28,889 bases of DNA from Okeania sp. (GTDB taxonomy: Bacteria > Cyanobacteriota > Cyanobacteriia > Cyanobacteriales > Microcoleaceae): NCBI RefSeq assembly GCF_035285525.1, contig NZ_JAYKGW010000110.1, positions 1 through 28,889 on the forward strand. The letters are read 5' to 3'. Position 1 is the first letter of the stretch. The number at the start of each line of letters is the position of its first letter. The notes below the pieces were generated by a model. The model was not told the origin of the DNA, ran no database searches, and saw only the letters and a program-made list of their open reading frames with translations. Position numbers and translations under genes: made by a program. This document shows, piece by piece, positions 16,331 through 25,831 of the stretch.

Positions 16331-16948
16331 TTAATTTCCTACTCCTTCCAAAATACCTACTAAAACTTCACCCAAATCTTTTATATCGTCTGGTATTTTA
16401 AATAAATTAATATCTTGTATAATTTGTTTTTCGGTTTTATTTAACTTACCAAAACGCCACACATCTCCCATTGTTACTGCACCGTATAAAATATTATTTT
16501 CTTCCACTTCAGCTAATGCAATTAACTCTACAGCTAACTGAGTAAAACCTCTAGTTAAATCGTCATTTTTGGCTTCAATAACTAATAAATCATTTTGATG
16601 ACGCAATAAATAATCCAAATTACCTTTTAACCAATCGTTAACTATCAAAGCATATTCAATTCTTAACTGACAATGACAAAAACGAACAATTTGTAACAAA
16701 ATTGGAGAGACTAAAATTTCTCTTCTAGCAGTTTCATTACTTAAATTTACAAAAGGTAAAGTATCCTCTATGTTTTGCTGTATTTCTCATAAAACTTCTA
16801 ATTTTTTTGTCGTCTTTGGTAAAGATAAACGAGATTTAACTAACGAATAATTTAACTCTGCTAAAATTTCATCAGCTTCATAAGGTAACTCAAAATAAGA
16901 CCGAAAAGTATAAGATTTATCCTCCTGTAATATTTTGATTTTAGTCAT
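16331..16948 (-). pseudogene. Paralogue of 13372-13977 (PD-(D/E)XK, HsdR-N-like) with one in-frame TGA
   Basis: From ATG 16946-16948 the frame reads MTKIKILQEDKSY...TTKKLEVL*EIQQNIEDTLPFVNLSNETARREILVSPILLQIVRF..., continuing into track ORF 16331-16699. The TGA is at 16787-16789. It is colinear with the 13372 protein on both sides of the stop. Confidence 0.7.
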
Positions 16949-17083
16949 TGCCAGACTCCATTAATATTAATTCTTATATATTGATATTTTGGGTGCATCT
17001 CAATTTTCCAATAAAGCCAAAAACTTACTACATTTTAGGGAAAAAGAAACAGGTAACAGGTAGAAGCTTCAGTAATAAATATC

Positions 17084-17184
17084 TTAGAACTTACGCAAAG
17101 AAACCCGGTTTCTCAGAGAAACCGGGTTTCTGGGTTTCTGGGTTCGCCAGCACTCGATAAACCCAGTTTCTGCGCGAACCCTAA
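17084..17184. repeat. MITE-like element of the ACTTACGCA / GAAACCCGGTTTC family abutting the dxs stop
   Basis: tagaacttacgcaaag + hairpin agaaacccggtttct cag agaaaccgggtttct (17100-17132) ... tgcgcgaaccctaa. The terminal repeats are imperfect. Track ORF 16948-17160 is a translation of it. Confidence 0.6.
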
Positions 17185-17190
17185 AAAATA

Positions 17191-19098
17191 TTAAACATTA
17201 ACAGTCGATAACTTCGGCTTCAAACTCTGCAAAATACGTTCCGCCATCTGAGAAGGAGTCAAACCCAAATCAACCTTAGACTCATCAGGTTTAGCATGAT
17301 CCACCAACTTATCAGGTACACCCAAACGTAACACAGGTACAAGCACATTATTATCCATCAATGCTTCCGTAACTGCTGAACCAAAACCACCCATCAGACA
17401 ACCTTCTTCCATAGTCACAACCTGACCAATACGTTCCGCCAAAGGTAGAATTAACTCTGTATCCAAAGGCTTGACAAAACGAGCATTTACCACAGTAGCA
17501 CTCACACCATGCTCGCCCAAAATTTCTGCTGTTTGCATAGCCGGATGTACCATAGCACCATAACCCAATATCAGCACATCATCACCATTCCGCAGAATTT
17601 CACCCTTACCAATAGGAATAGCTTCCCAACCTTCTTCCATCAGAGGTACACCATAACCATTACCACGAGGATAACGCATAGCGATCGCCCCATCCGTATA
17701 TTCAATACCAGTCACCAACATCCGTTGTAACTCACCCTCATCTTTAGGAGCCATCACTACCATATTTGGGATACAACGTAAATAAGCAATATCATACATT
17801 CCCTGATGAGTCGGACCATCTGCACCCACAATACCAGCGCGGTCTAAACAGAAGAAAACAGGCAACTTCTGAATACAGATATCATGGATAATTTGGTCAT
17901 AAGCTCGCTGCAAGAAAGTCGAGTAAATACCAACCACTGGCCGCATTCCCTCACAAGCTAAACCTGCTGCCAAAGTTACAGCGTGCTGTTCCGCAATACC
18001 AACATCTATATATTGTTTTGGCAATTTAGCATGAAGTTTATCTAAACCCGTACCAGTTGCCATCGCAGCAGTAATACCAATAATTTTGGGATTGTCTTCT
18101 GCAAGTTTCAGCAAAGTATGAGCAAAAACCTTGGAATACTTAGGAGGCTTCGGCTTATTTGCAGGAATAGCCTTACCAGTAGTCAAATTAAAGGGATTCT
18201 GAGCATGATAACCAACTTGGTCCTCTTCTGCAACTTTGTATCCTTTACCCTTAGTTGTGGACACATGAACTAACACTGGTCCATGAATCTTATGCGCTTG
18301 TTGGAAAGTTGTAATTAACTCTTCCAAATTATGTCCATCCACAGGACCCATGTAGGTAAAGCCCAACTCTTCAATTACAGCCCCGACTTTTGGTACTGCT
18401 AAACGTTTCATCCCTTCTTTAAGCCGTTCCATTTCTGGTGTAAAAGTTTCACCAACAAAAGGAATATGTTTAAACTGTTCCTCCAGATTATCTTGAAGAA
18501 ACTGCATCGGTGGAGATAAGCGCATTTTATTAAGATAACGAGAAATCGCACCCACGTTAGGAGAAATGGACATCTCATTATCATTCAGCACCACCAAGAT
18601 ATTAGTTTTGGGTAAGTGACCTGCATGGTTAATAGCTTCTAATGCCATACCACCAGTTAAAGCACCATCCCCAATAATAGAAACAACTTTGAAGTTCTCT
18701 CCTTTCATATCTCTAGCTAAAGCCATCCCCAAACCAGCAGAAATACTGGTAGAAGCATGACCAGCGCCAAAATGGTCGAACTTACTTTCACAACGTTTTA
18801 AATAACCTGCCACACCATTTTTTTGTCGCAAGGTATGAAAATTGTTATATCGACCTGTAATAAGTTTATGGGGATAAGCTTGGTGGCCTACATCCCAAAT
18901 AACTTTATCGCGATTAAGATCGAGAGTTTGGTAGAGACCCAATGTCAGCTCTACGACTCCTAACCCCGGACCTAGATGGCCTCCACTTGTGGCAACTGTT
19001 TCTAGATGTTTCTCTCGTATTTGTCTAGCAATTTCTTCTAGTTGATGAATTGAAAGACCGTGCAACTGGTTAGGATGAGTAATTTGGCTTAAATGCAT
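17191..19098 (-). CDS. dxs: 1-deoxy-D-xylulose-5-phosphate synthase
   Basis: 635 aa with [42 protein letters not shown] (TPP binding) and transketolase-like middle and C-terminal domains. Confidence 0.97.
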   Translation of the reverse strand: MHLSQITHPNQLHGLSIHQLEEIARQIREKHLETVATSGGHLGPGLGVVELTLGLYQTLDLNRDKVIWDVGHQAYPHKLITGRYNNFHTLRQKNGVAGYLKRCESKFDHFGAGHASTSISAGLGMALARDMKGENFKVVSIIGDGALTGGMALEAINHAGHLPKTNILVVLNDNEMSISPNVGAISRYLNKMRLSPPMQFLQDNLEEQFKHIPFVGETFTPEMERLKEGMKRLAVPKVGAVIEELGFTYMGPVDGHNLEELITTFQQAHKIHGPVLVHVSTTKGKGYKVAEEDQVGYHAQNPFNLTTGKAIPANKPKPPKYSKVFAHTLLKLAEDNPKIIGITAAMATGTGLDKLHAKLPKQYIDVGIAEQHAVTLAAGLACEGMRPVVGIYSTFLQRAYDQIIHDICIQKLPVFFCLDRAGIVGADGPTHQGMYDIAYLRCIPNMVVMAPKDEGELQRMLVTGIEYTDGAIAMRYPRGNGYGVPLMEEGWEAIPIGKGEILRNGDDVLILGYGAMVHPAMQTAEILGEHGVSATVVNARFVKPLDTELILPLAERIGQVVTMEEGCLMGGFGSAVTEALMDNNVLVPVLRLGVPDKLVDHAKPDESKVDLGLTPSQMAERILQSLKPKLSTVNV

Positions 19099-19572
19099 AT
19101 CTTAATTTACTCGGATTCTGGTGTAAATTTATAGTTGTAATTGGGGTATTTCTGATGGCGAACTTGGAACTTAATTGTCATTTTTTCCGGCCATGAGTTA
19201 GCCCATACAACTTTGTGAAACATTTGTTAATAAAAGTATTATTAACCTAATTAAATAAATATGCCCTTTCTCAGCAGTAATTATTAGTCTTTGTTAGCTT
19301 TTATTAACAAATTAACAACTTTGTAATTGGGTAAATCTCAATTAAGTGATAAGTAATTCTACTTAATAAGAGAAAAGACTCAAATACAAAGTTAATTTAC
19401 AGGTAAAGTTAAACCATAAAGCATCTTGATTTTTTAGGCTTTGCTAGATACATGAAACACCATCGCATCCAAGACTAATTAAGAACTAAATTCACAACCC
19501 AACTTTTTGTTTAATGCTCAGAATCAAATGCTCCTGATCCTAATGAAACTGACTGTAAATCCACAACTTAAT

Positions 19573-19784
19573 TAGGGTTTACTGAAAAAGTCTATTAGTT
19601 AAAAAAGGAAACAGTTTAGAGTATTTGCTACGGCCAAATTTTCTCATATTCAGGGTCTAAATATTACCATTTTGAGACGACAATAGCCAAAAAATAGGTA
19701 CTTTTACGGTTCCTGAGAAATCCGGACTTAAAAAGCCTAAAATCTTTATTTAATAGTGCTTTTCTATTTAATCAGCCAGCCTTA
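19573..19784 (-). mobile_element. ~210-bp MITE, same family as 15151-15397 (opposite orientation)
   Basis: It starts tagggtttactgaaaaag and ends atttaatcagccagcctta. The interior is partly divergent. Confidence 0.7.
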
Positions 19785-19835
19785 ATTAATATATTATTTA
19801 ATGGTTTTTACGACTGTTAAATAATATTTTATTTT

Positions 19836-20708
19836 CTATGCCTCTATTTCTAATTTTGACGAACTACTATCAGTATCGGAAGTAAATGATGGTATATGCA
19901 TATTCTTTATTTCCCATACTTTCATAAGTATGAGATATTCATAGAAAGCCTGCAAAGTACACCAAGCCAACCCGGCCTGGCCATCAAGAAATCCTCTCAG
20001 AAAAATATACATATAAATGAAGCGAACTATTGGTCTAAAAGGTAAGCGTAGAGAAAAGTCTTTGAGAGCCCGTCTTCTTTCTACTTCCGAATCACCAAAA
20101 AATAAGTTTTTCCAAGATACGCTTCCAGTTTCTAATTGTATAAGTGTTTCCGCAGCTTCATCTGTAGAATAACGATTGTGCTTTTCTATCCAACGAGAGA
20201 TACCTTTACTACAGGTATAATGGGGATAACTTTCTCCCAAAAAACTTGTGGGACCATCACAAACTTCTCGTTCCGTGTGACCATAGTCACTAAACCAAAC
20301 TTTATCTTTGCGAAATAGGCGCATTTGATAGCGGGGATATTGGGTGCTATTGCGAATCCAAGTTCCCAGAAATATCACCCGTTCTGCAACATAATATCCA
20401 ATATATTCTTGACTTTCGATTTTTTTGAGACATTCGTTGAATAATTCTGGGGTCATCCGTTCATCTGCTTCTAAGATATAAACCCACTCATATTTAGCCG
20501 GGACTTCCTCTAACATCCATGTTCGCTGTCGCCCATGACTTTCAAATTTGTGTTGGACTATTCTTACAGGGTAGGACTCAGCTATTTCTATAGTTCGATC
20601 ACTACTAAATGAATCCAGTATTATAATGTCATCTGACAACATTGCTGACTCTATACAATCAGCAATATCTATTTCTTCATTGTAAGTCAGTATGTAAATT
20701 GAGAACAT
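19836..20708 (-). CDS. Family 2 glycosyltransferase
   Basis: 290 aa with the N-terminal IYILTYNEE ... IIILDSFSSDRT ... ILEADERM pattern of GT-A/GT2 enzymes. Confidence 0.85.
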   Translation of the reverse strand: MFSIYILTYNEEIDIADCIESAMLSDDIIILDSFSSDRTIEIAESYPVRIVQHKFESHGRQRTWMLEEVPAKYEWVYILEADERMTPELFNECLKKIESQEYIGYYVAERVIFLGTWIRNSTQYPRYQMRLFRKDKVWFSDYGHTEREVCDGPTSFLGESYPHYTCSKGISRWIEKHNRYSTDEAAETLIQLETGSVSWKNLFFGDSEVERRRALKDFSLRLPFRPIVRFIYMYIFLRGFLDGQAGLAWCTLQAFYEYLILMKVWEIKNMHIPSFTSDTDSSSSKLEIEA

Positions 20709-20900
20709 TCGATGAATTTTAGTAACTTCTTTTTAATAAAATCAAATTAGTTAATGTCAAATCCGGCAGTATTGGTACAATCCAATACTGTAGTAGTTTG
20801 GTCACTAAACACCCCTAAAAATTTCTAATACTCACAGGAAAATCTCCCAATTCTAAAGTAAGCTAATTTGATAAAGTTAATTTAACTTAATTGAATTAAA

Positions 20901-21110
20901 TAAGGTTGGCTGATTAAATATAAAAGGATTGATAGATAAAGGTTTGATGAATTTTTAATTTATAAAAAGTATCAGTTTTTCAGTTGTAGCGACCTGAAAA
21001 AGTGAACATATTGTTATGAATATAGGTATAAAAAAATAGGCTATTTTCCTGATAGCCTACCTTATAACTCCCATTTATCCTTATTCATAATACTTTTTCA
21101 GGAAACCCTA
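20901..21110 (+). mobile_element. ~210-bp MITE copy (same family), followed by a 5' fragment at 21113-21162
   Basis: taaggttggctgattaaatataaaagg ... ctttttcaggaaaccctaa. The next copy begins 2 nt later and is truncated. Confidence 0.7.
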
Positions 21111-21249
21111 AATAAGGTTGGTTGATTAAATATAAAAGTATTGATATATAAAGGTTTTAGCCGACATTCCCCACATCTCCATATATCTTTAGATGTATAT
21201 TTACATTTTTAAAGAGACTTGTACGAAAAACCTTCATTATAGAACTAAA

Positions 21250-21492
21250 TAGGGCTTGCTTAAAAAGTATTATGGGTGAAGGTAGAAGACTGAAAGCTGA
21301 AGGAATGAGAATTATAGAAGAGCCAGTCAGAACAATCATCCCTTGATTTTCTTCCCCCATCTTGCCCAAAATGCGCTCATTTTTGATTTTTCGGGAACCG
21401 TACCATTACCACCTAAAAGCTGGTTTTCTTAGTACCTGAAAAAGCCAAAACCTTTATCTATAAAGACTTTGATATTTAATCAGCCAGCCCTA
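21250..21492 (-). mobile_element. ~243-bp MITE copy (same family), followed by a partial copy at ~21495-21590
   Basis: It is colinear with the reverse complement of 15151-15397 over its whole length. Track ORF 21157-21369 lies inside it. Confidence 0.8.
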
Positions 21493-21648
21493 TTTAGGGC
21501 TTACTGAAAAACCATGAAAACTTTGACGAATAAAGGTTTTAGCCTTTTTAGGCAAGGAAAAAGTACCTGGTTTTCAGATCAAATATGTATGTATGCTCCT
21601 CAAGTTAGCATTTTAGGCGCATACCATACATAGTTGAGCAAAAAATTA

Positions 21649-21705
21649 CTCCCCGACTCCCCGACTCCCGACTCCCGACTCCCGACTCCCGACTCCCAAC
21701 CCCCT
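21649..21705. repeat. STRR-type heptamer array (CCGACTC, ~7 copies, first two units 8 nt)
   Basis: ctccccgactccccgactcccgactcccgactcccgactcccgactccc read directly. It ends 13 nt from the stop of the 21718-22551 gene. Confidence 0.95.
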
Positions 21706-21717
21706 GAGATATTACTT

Positions 21718-22551
21718 CTATTTAACAGGATTTGGACGACGCCCTTTACTTTTAACAACTCCCATATTTTTTAACCCTGTCCAACCAATCATCATATAGC
21801 CTAATGCTAAAAGTAGACTGCTCAAACCTGTTCTCAGACTAGATTTAAAAGAATTTGTATTAGCTTGTTCTTCTAGTTCTTGCTTACGACTACGAATTCT
21901 AGTTAAAAGCTGATCTGGTAATTGTTCTGCTTGACGATTTAGAAATTCATCAATAGCTTGAGGATTATCTTTTGATTCTTCCAATAGAGTTTTTACTTGG
22001 CTAGGTAATTGTTGATTTTCTAATGCTTCATTTAACCTAGTTTCATCTTGTAGTAAACTGTTAAATTGACCTCTCAATTGACTTTGTCTTTGCTGTATTT
22101 GACTTCTAAACTCATCACTACCAACACGAGCTTCTAATTGTGTTTCTGCTTGGCTTGCCTGCTGATTGATACGTTCAATGGCCTCAGCCCTAGCTTGACT
22201 TGTGTTATTTAAGTGTACAGGAAATATTAGTATATACACCAATCCTAATAAGCTAGCTAGTAAAAGCGCCCAAAACCTCAAATCTAGAATCGAGGGTGTT
22301 GAAGTATCTTGAAGGCCAGAACTGCTTCTTACCCAATAACCTGTAAACAATAAGGCCATTCCTACCATAGGAATAATTCCTCGGTCAACTATTTGGCTTG
22401 CTATATTAATTTGCCATTCTCTGTTACCTATATTAAGAGGATATGACAGGACTACAAAATCAAGTATGGAGGATAAAATCATAACTACTCCTACTATTAT
22501 TAGACTCCTAGCAGCTAGGGAGGAATATTGACGAATATTTGTTGCTTTCAT
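21718..22551 (-). CDS. Membrane protein with central Q/E-rich coiled region; resembles the cyanobacterial HpsJ family
   Basis: 277 aa with hydrophobic segments at the N-terminus, middle and C-terminus. REWQINIASQIVDRGIIPMVGMALLFTGYW matches my memory of HpsJ-family proteins. The family name is tentative. Confidence 0.75.
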   Translation of the reverse strand: MKATNIRQYSSLAARSLIIVGVVMILSSILDFVVLSYPLNIGNREWQINIASQIVDRGIIPMVGMALLFTGYWVRSSSGLQDTSTPSILDLRFWALLLASLLGLVYILIFPVHLNNTSQARAEAIERINQQASQAETQLEARVGSDEFRSQIQQRQSQLRGQFNSLLQDETRLNEALENQQLPSQVKTLLEESKDNPQAIDEFLNRQAEQLPDQLLTRIRSRKQELEEQANTNSFKSSLRTGLSSLLLALGYMMIGWTGLKNMGVVKSKGRRPNPVK

Positions 22552-22916
22552 GGGATTTTGTTCAGTTATCAGTTATAGTTGACTGGACATAATGAGTCTT
22601 AAGTATTAAGGATTGGCTCTATTTTTGATGATGGAAATTTATTTTTCCTATCTCAAATCATAGTAGTCTGCTTTTACAAGCAGGGCAGAGCTTAACTATA
22701 GCTCATAATTTTTTTTTACCTAAAATTTCAGTTCTAGTCTGGAAATTTTTCCAACATAATTTTATTTTATCAAATGTTATACTTCTACTTAAAGTCACAA
22801 ACAAGTATAATACTTTTTATAAAAGATTAATTTAGATTAGATTTCAATCAATATGAAAAATATTATTCTAAGCATTTCCTTTGGAAATTATTCACAAACA
22901 GCAAACTCTATCTAAC

Positions 22917-23123
22917 TAAGCATTCAGCTATTATCTATCAGCTATCAGCAATAAGAATATATGCTTGAGGACAATATTTAAATGAAAATATACTTTGAAA
23001 CTGAATCTTGTAGCCAGATTTTTATAGCTAAATTAACAAAGCTTTGAATGCTCACTAAAAGCAATATATAATAGCTATTAGCGAAGCTTCTCTGAAAGAG
23101 GCTAGCTGACGGCTGAATGCTTA
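22917..23123. repeat. 207-bp element bounded by a perfect 12-bp inverted repeat (TAAGCATTCAGC / GCTGAATGCTTA)
   Basis: Arms lie at 22917-22928 and 23112-23123. The inner flanks carry tatcagctatcagc / gctagctgacg. A third partial arm lies at ~23235. Confidence 0.45.
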
Positions 23124-23303
23124 CTTACCTAAGGTATGAAAATGGCTTTAAATTAATATAAGCTTTAAAGTAGGTTTTGATAGTAAGATTTAATTTACCT
23201 CAAGTAATAAAGATTTTTTCTAAACTAAAATAAATAGCTGAATGTTGAATACTTACATATTATCTAACCTAATAAGGCAAAAACTAGGAGGATTAAATTA
23301 ACA

Positions 23304-24014
23304 GTGAAAGAAAATTTGGAAAATGACAAAAAGAAAAAAATATTAATAGTTGATGATGAAGATAGCTTGAGAACTGTACTAAGGCGACACCTGGAATTTC
23401 AAGGATATAAAGTAACAGATGCAAATTCTGCTATTGATGCATTATCAATACTAGAAAAAGAGAATCATGATTTAATTGTTTCGGATATAATGATGCCAGA
23501 AATGGATGGTCTAGAGTTTTGTCAACGTTTACGATCTAGTAATTTAGGTCAGTTAATACCTTTTATATTTTTGTCTAGTAAAGGAGAATTAGAAGATAGA
23601 ATTGTTGGTTTATCTATAGGAGCAGATGATTATATTAATAAACCTTTTGAAATGCGAGAGTTAGTCGCAAAAATTGAGGCTCAGTTAACTCGTTTTAATA
23701 GAATTTATTTAGAAATGAAGCGACTGATTGAAGAGTCTACCACACAAAAACAACCAGAAGTATCACGAGAACCACTACCTCTAACACCAGCAGAAGCAAG
23801 AGTTTTTTGGGAGGTTACTCAAGGGTTGACAAATAAGCAGATTAGCGATCGCTTATTTATTAGTCCGAGAACTGTACAAACTCATTTGAGTAAAATAATG
23901 AGAAAGTTAAAATTAGAAAATCGCTCCCAGTTAGTTCGTTATGCTTTTGAACGTGGATATAAACCACCTACTGAAGTAAATGTGAGTCAAGATGAAGCAC
24001 CAAAGCAAATATAA
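23304..24014 (+). CDS. Response regulator, receiver domain plus LuxR/GerE-type HTH (NarL/FixJ class)
   Basis: 236 aa. The receiver has ILIVDDE ... DLIVSDIMMPEMDG ... the lysine in YINKP. The C-terminus reads LTPAEARVFWEVTQGLTNKQISDRLFISPRTVQTHLSKIMRKL. The start is GTG, 12 nt after AGGAGG (23286-23291). Confidence 0.9.
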   Translation: MKENLENDKKKKILIVDDEDSLRTVLRRHLEFQGYKVTDANSAIDALSILEKENHDLIVSDIMMPEMDGLEFCQRLRSSNLGQLIPFIFLSSKGELEDRIVGLSIGADDYINKPFEMRELVAKIEAQLTRFNRIYLEMKRLIEESTTQKQPEVSREPLPLTPAEARVFWEVTQGLTNKQISDRLFISPRTVQTHLSKIMRKLKLENRSQLVRYAFERGYKPPTEVNVSQDEAPKQI

Positions 24015-24564
24015 TAAAGTGGACTCCCAAAAATTAATTTCTGGTCTCTATAATTTAACTGAATTAGAACGGCTAATTAATTCTCAACCTACTTCCTGGC
24101 GACCTTTAGTCTTTACAAATGGCTGCTTTGACTTACTTCATGCTGGTCATATCCGTTATTTATGGGCAGCTAAGTCTCTAGGGCGATCGCTTATAGTAGG
24201 ATTAAATAGTGATTGGTCAGTTCAAAGCATTAAGCCCCAAAAAGAGGGGTATCCTCAACGACCAATTATACCAGAAATTCAACGGGCTGAAGTTTTAGCT
24301 GCTGTCAAGCCAGTTGATGGAGTGGTGATTTTTAATGAAACTACTGCTATTAAGATAATAGAACGACTTAAACCTGATATTTATGTTAAGGGTGGTGATT
24401 ATTCTATTGAAACATTACCTGAAGCTCCAAAGGTTAAAAGTTATGGTGGTAAAATATCTTTAGTTCAAATAGAAGTTCCGGCTTCTACTACTACAATTAT
24501 TAATAGTATTTTAAACCATCCATCATTGAACAAAGAGTCAGCTAGACTCCAAGATTCTGAGTGA
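23992..24564 (+). CDS. Cytidylyltransferase-fold nucleotidyltransferase, RfaE domain II-like (D-beta-D-heptose-1-phosphate adenylyltransferase)
   Basis: 190 aa with VFTNGCFDLLHAGHIRYL (HxGH signature), LIVGLNSD and IYVKGGDY. It overlaps the regulator gene by 23 nt. Confidence 0.8.
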   Translation: MKHQSKYNKVDSQKLISGLYNLTELERLINSQPTSWRPLVFTNGCFDLLHAGHIRYLWAAKSLGRSLIVGLNSDWSVQSIKPQKEGYPQRPIIPEIQRAEVLAAVKPVDGVVIFNETTAIKIIERLKPDIYVKGGDYSIETLPEAPKVKSYGGKISLVQIEVPASTTTIINSILNHPSLNKESARLQDSE

Positions 24565-24800
24565 TAATTATGAATGGAATTATGATTTTTACAGGTTGCA
24601 AGTTCAACACCTACTCCTACTTAAATTACTTCTTGATAATTCTTTATCTATCTATTAAGTTCAAGTGTTGAAAACTACAATAATTTTGTGTAAAAATCAG
24701 GTCAATATTTTCCTTTTTCAAAGGGGATGAAAAAAATATCCGATTCAGTATTTCAAGACTAATCCTTTCCCAGGTGATGCTGTGTAAACAGCAGGAGATA

Positions 24801-24860
24801 CTGATAACTGATAACTGATAACTGATAACTGATAACTGATAACTGATAACTGATAACTGA
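24801..24860. repeat. STRR-type heptamer array, CTGATAA x8.5
   Basis: Perfect tandem copies that end 1 nt before the gun4 ATG. Track ORF 24644-24874 (QLSVISYQLSVIS) is its antisense translation. Confidence 0.95.
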
Positions 24861-24861
24861 A

Positions 24862-25584
24862 ATGACAGAACCACAAATTAATTCTACAAAAAACCCTTCA
24901 TTGAATATAGACGAGCTTCAATCTCAATTAGAATCTGGTTCTGAAAAAAAACAGTTACAGGTAATTCCTAATTTAGCAGAAACAGGAGATGAAGGCTTAG
25001 AAATTCTCATGGAATTTTTGCAAAATAAAAAATCAGATTCACCTACTATAGTTCAGGGAAAAATATATCAAGTTTTGCTTCAAGTTAAGTCATCTAAAAT
25101 TGATGAATTTATACAGAAAAATTTTCCTCTAGGAGTTGTACCAATCAAGTCAGAATATAATATTGATTATAATCATTTACAAATCAAATTAGCTCATCAA
25201 GATTTTTTAGAAGCTGACAAATTAACCATGCAAAAATTGTGTGAGTTAGCAGGAGAAGGATCCAGAAAAAGAAAGTGGCTTTATTTTTCAGAAGTAGATA
25301 ATATTCCCATTCCAGATATGCAAACTATTAATACTTTATGGTTAGTATATTCAGAAGGAAAATTTGGTTATTCTGTACAAAGAGAAATGTGGTTAGCAGT
25401 AGGTAAAAATTGGGATAAGTTACTACCAAAAATTGGCTGGAAAAATGGCAATAGTTGGAGTAGATATCCTAATGATTTTACTTGGAATTTAACTGCTCCA
25501 AAAGGTCATCTACCTCTTGCCAATTTACTTCGTGGAGTCCGAATGTTTACTTCTATATTATCTCATCCAGCTTGGTCTAAATAA
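24862..25584 (+). CDS. gun4: GUN4-domain protein (Mg-chelatase/porphyrin-binding regulator)
   Basis: 240 aa. The N-terminal helical part reads LESGSEKKQLQVIPNLAETGDEGLEILMEFL. The C-terminal part reads INTLWLVYSEGKFGYSVQREMWLAVGKNWDKL ... GWK, the GUN4 core. Confidence 0.9.
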   Translation: MTEPQINSTKNPSLNIDELQSQLESGSEKKQLQVIPNLAETGDEGLEILMEFLQNKKSDSPTIVQGKIYQVLLQVKSSKIDEFIQKNFPLGVVPIKSEYNIDYNHLQIKLAHQDFLEADKLTMQKLCELAGEGSRKRKWLYFSEVDNIPIPDMQTINTLWLVYSEGKFGYSVQREMWLAVGKNWDKLLPKIGWKNGNSWSRYPNDFTWNLTAPKGHLPLANLLRGVRMFTSILSHPAWSK

Positions 25585-25599
25585 GGTATTCTGAAAAAT

Positions 25600-25740
25600 C
25601 TTATGTAGATTTTATAGTAGTAGTTACAGGATTAAACATAAGAAGTAGAAATATTAACCTTAAAACTCTAGTAACACAGCCTTCTAGGCTGTCAAAATTC
25701 TACCTGAAAGATATGAAATATGCTGTATCCAATTATTTAA
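25600..25740 (+). repeat. Tandem element copy 1 (conserved core 25631-25740 with hairpin acagcc-ttcta-ggctgt)
   Basis: The 110-nt core is identical to copy 2 apart from a single 1-nt indel. The ~30 nt upstream are similar but diverged. Confidence 0.85.
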
Positions 25741-25831
25741 TATCATGTCGGTTGGTATCGGAGCGTGTAAAAACTGGAGAAATGTCTACCTTCTATAAGG
25801 TTTTTTTCTTTTCTTAAAGCTTCTTCCTTCT

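Noticed and set aside
16787-16789. In-frame TGA as selenocysteine or programmed readthrough.
   Set aside because: I saw no SECIS-like hairpin immediately downstream, and the protein family is not known to use Sec. A nonsense mutation is simpler.
16045-17160. Track ORFs 16045-16287 (-) and 16948-17160 (+).
   Set aside because: Their translations (KPGFFKKPGFFA, KKPGFSEKPGFWV, CRDVLWNVS) are simply the GAAACCCGGTTTC hairpins and a palindromic repeat read as protein.
19716-19723. TCCGGA (heterocyst DIF-type -35 motif) at ~19718 and again at ~28791.
   Set aside because: It is a 6-nt palindrome expected by chance. The first copy lies inside a MITE, and neither has a convincing -10 element at the right distance.
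21157-21369. 70-aa ORF in the MITE nest.
   Set aside because: It lies inside a MITE copy whose homologue at 15151-15397 does not keep the frame.
24644-24874. 76-aa minus-strand ORF upstream of gun4.
   Set aside because: Its N-terminal third is the antisense translation of the CTGATAA array (QLSVISYQLSVISYQLSVIS).
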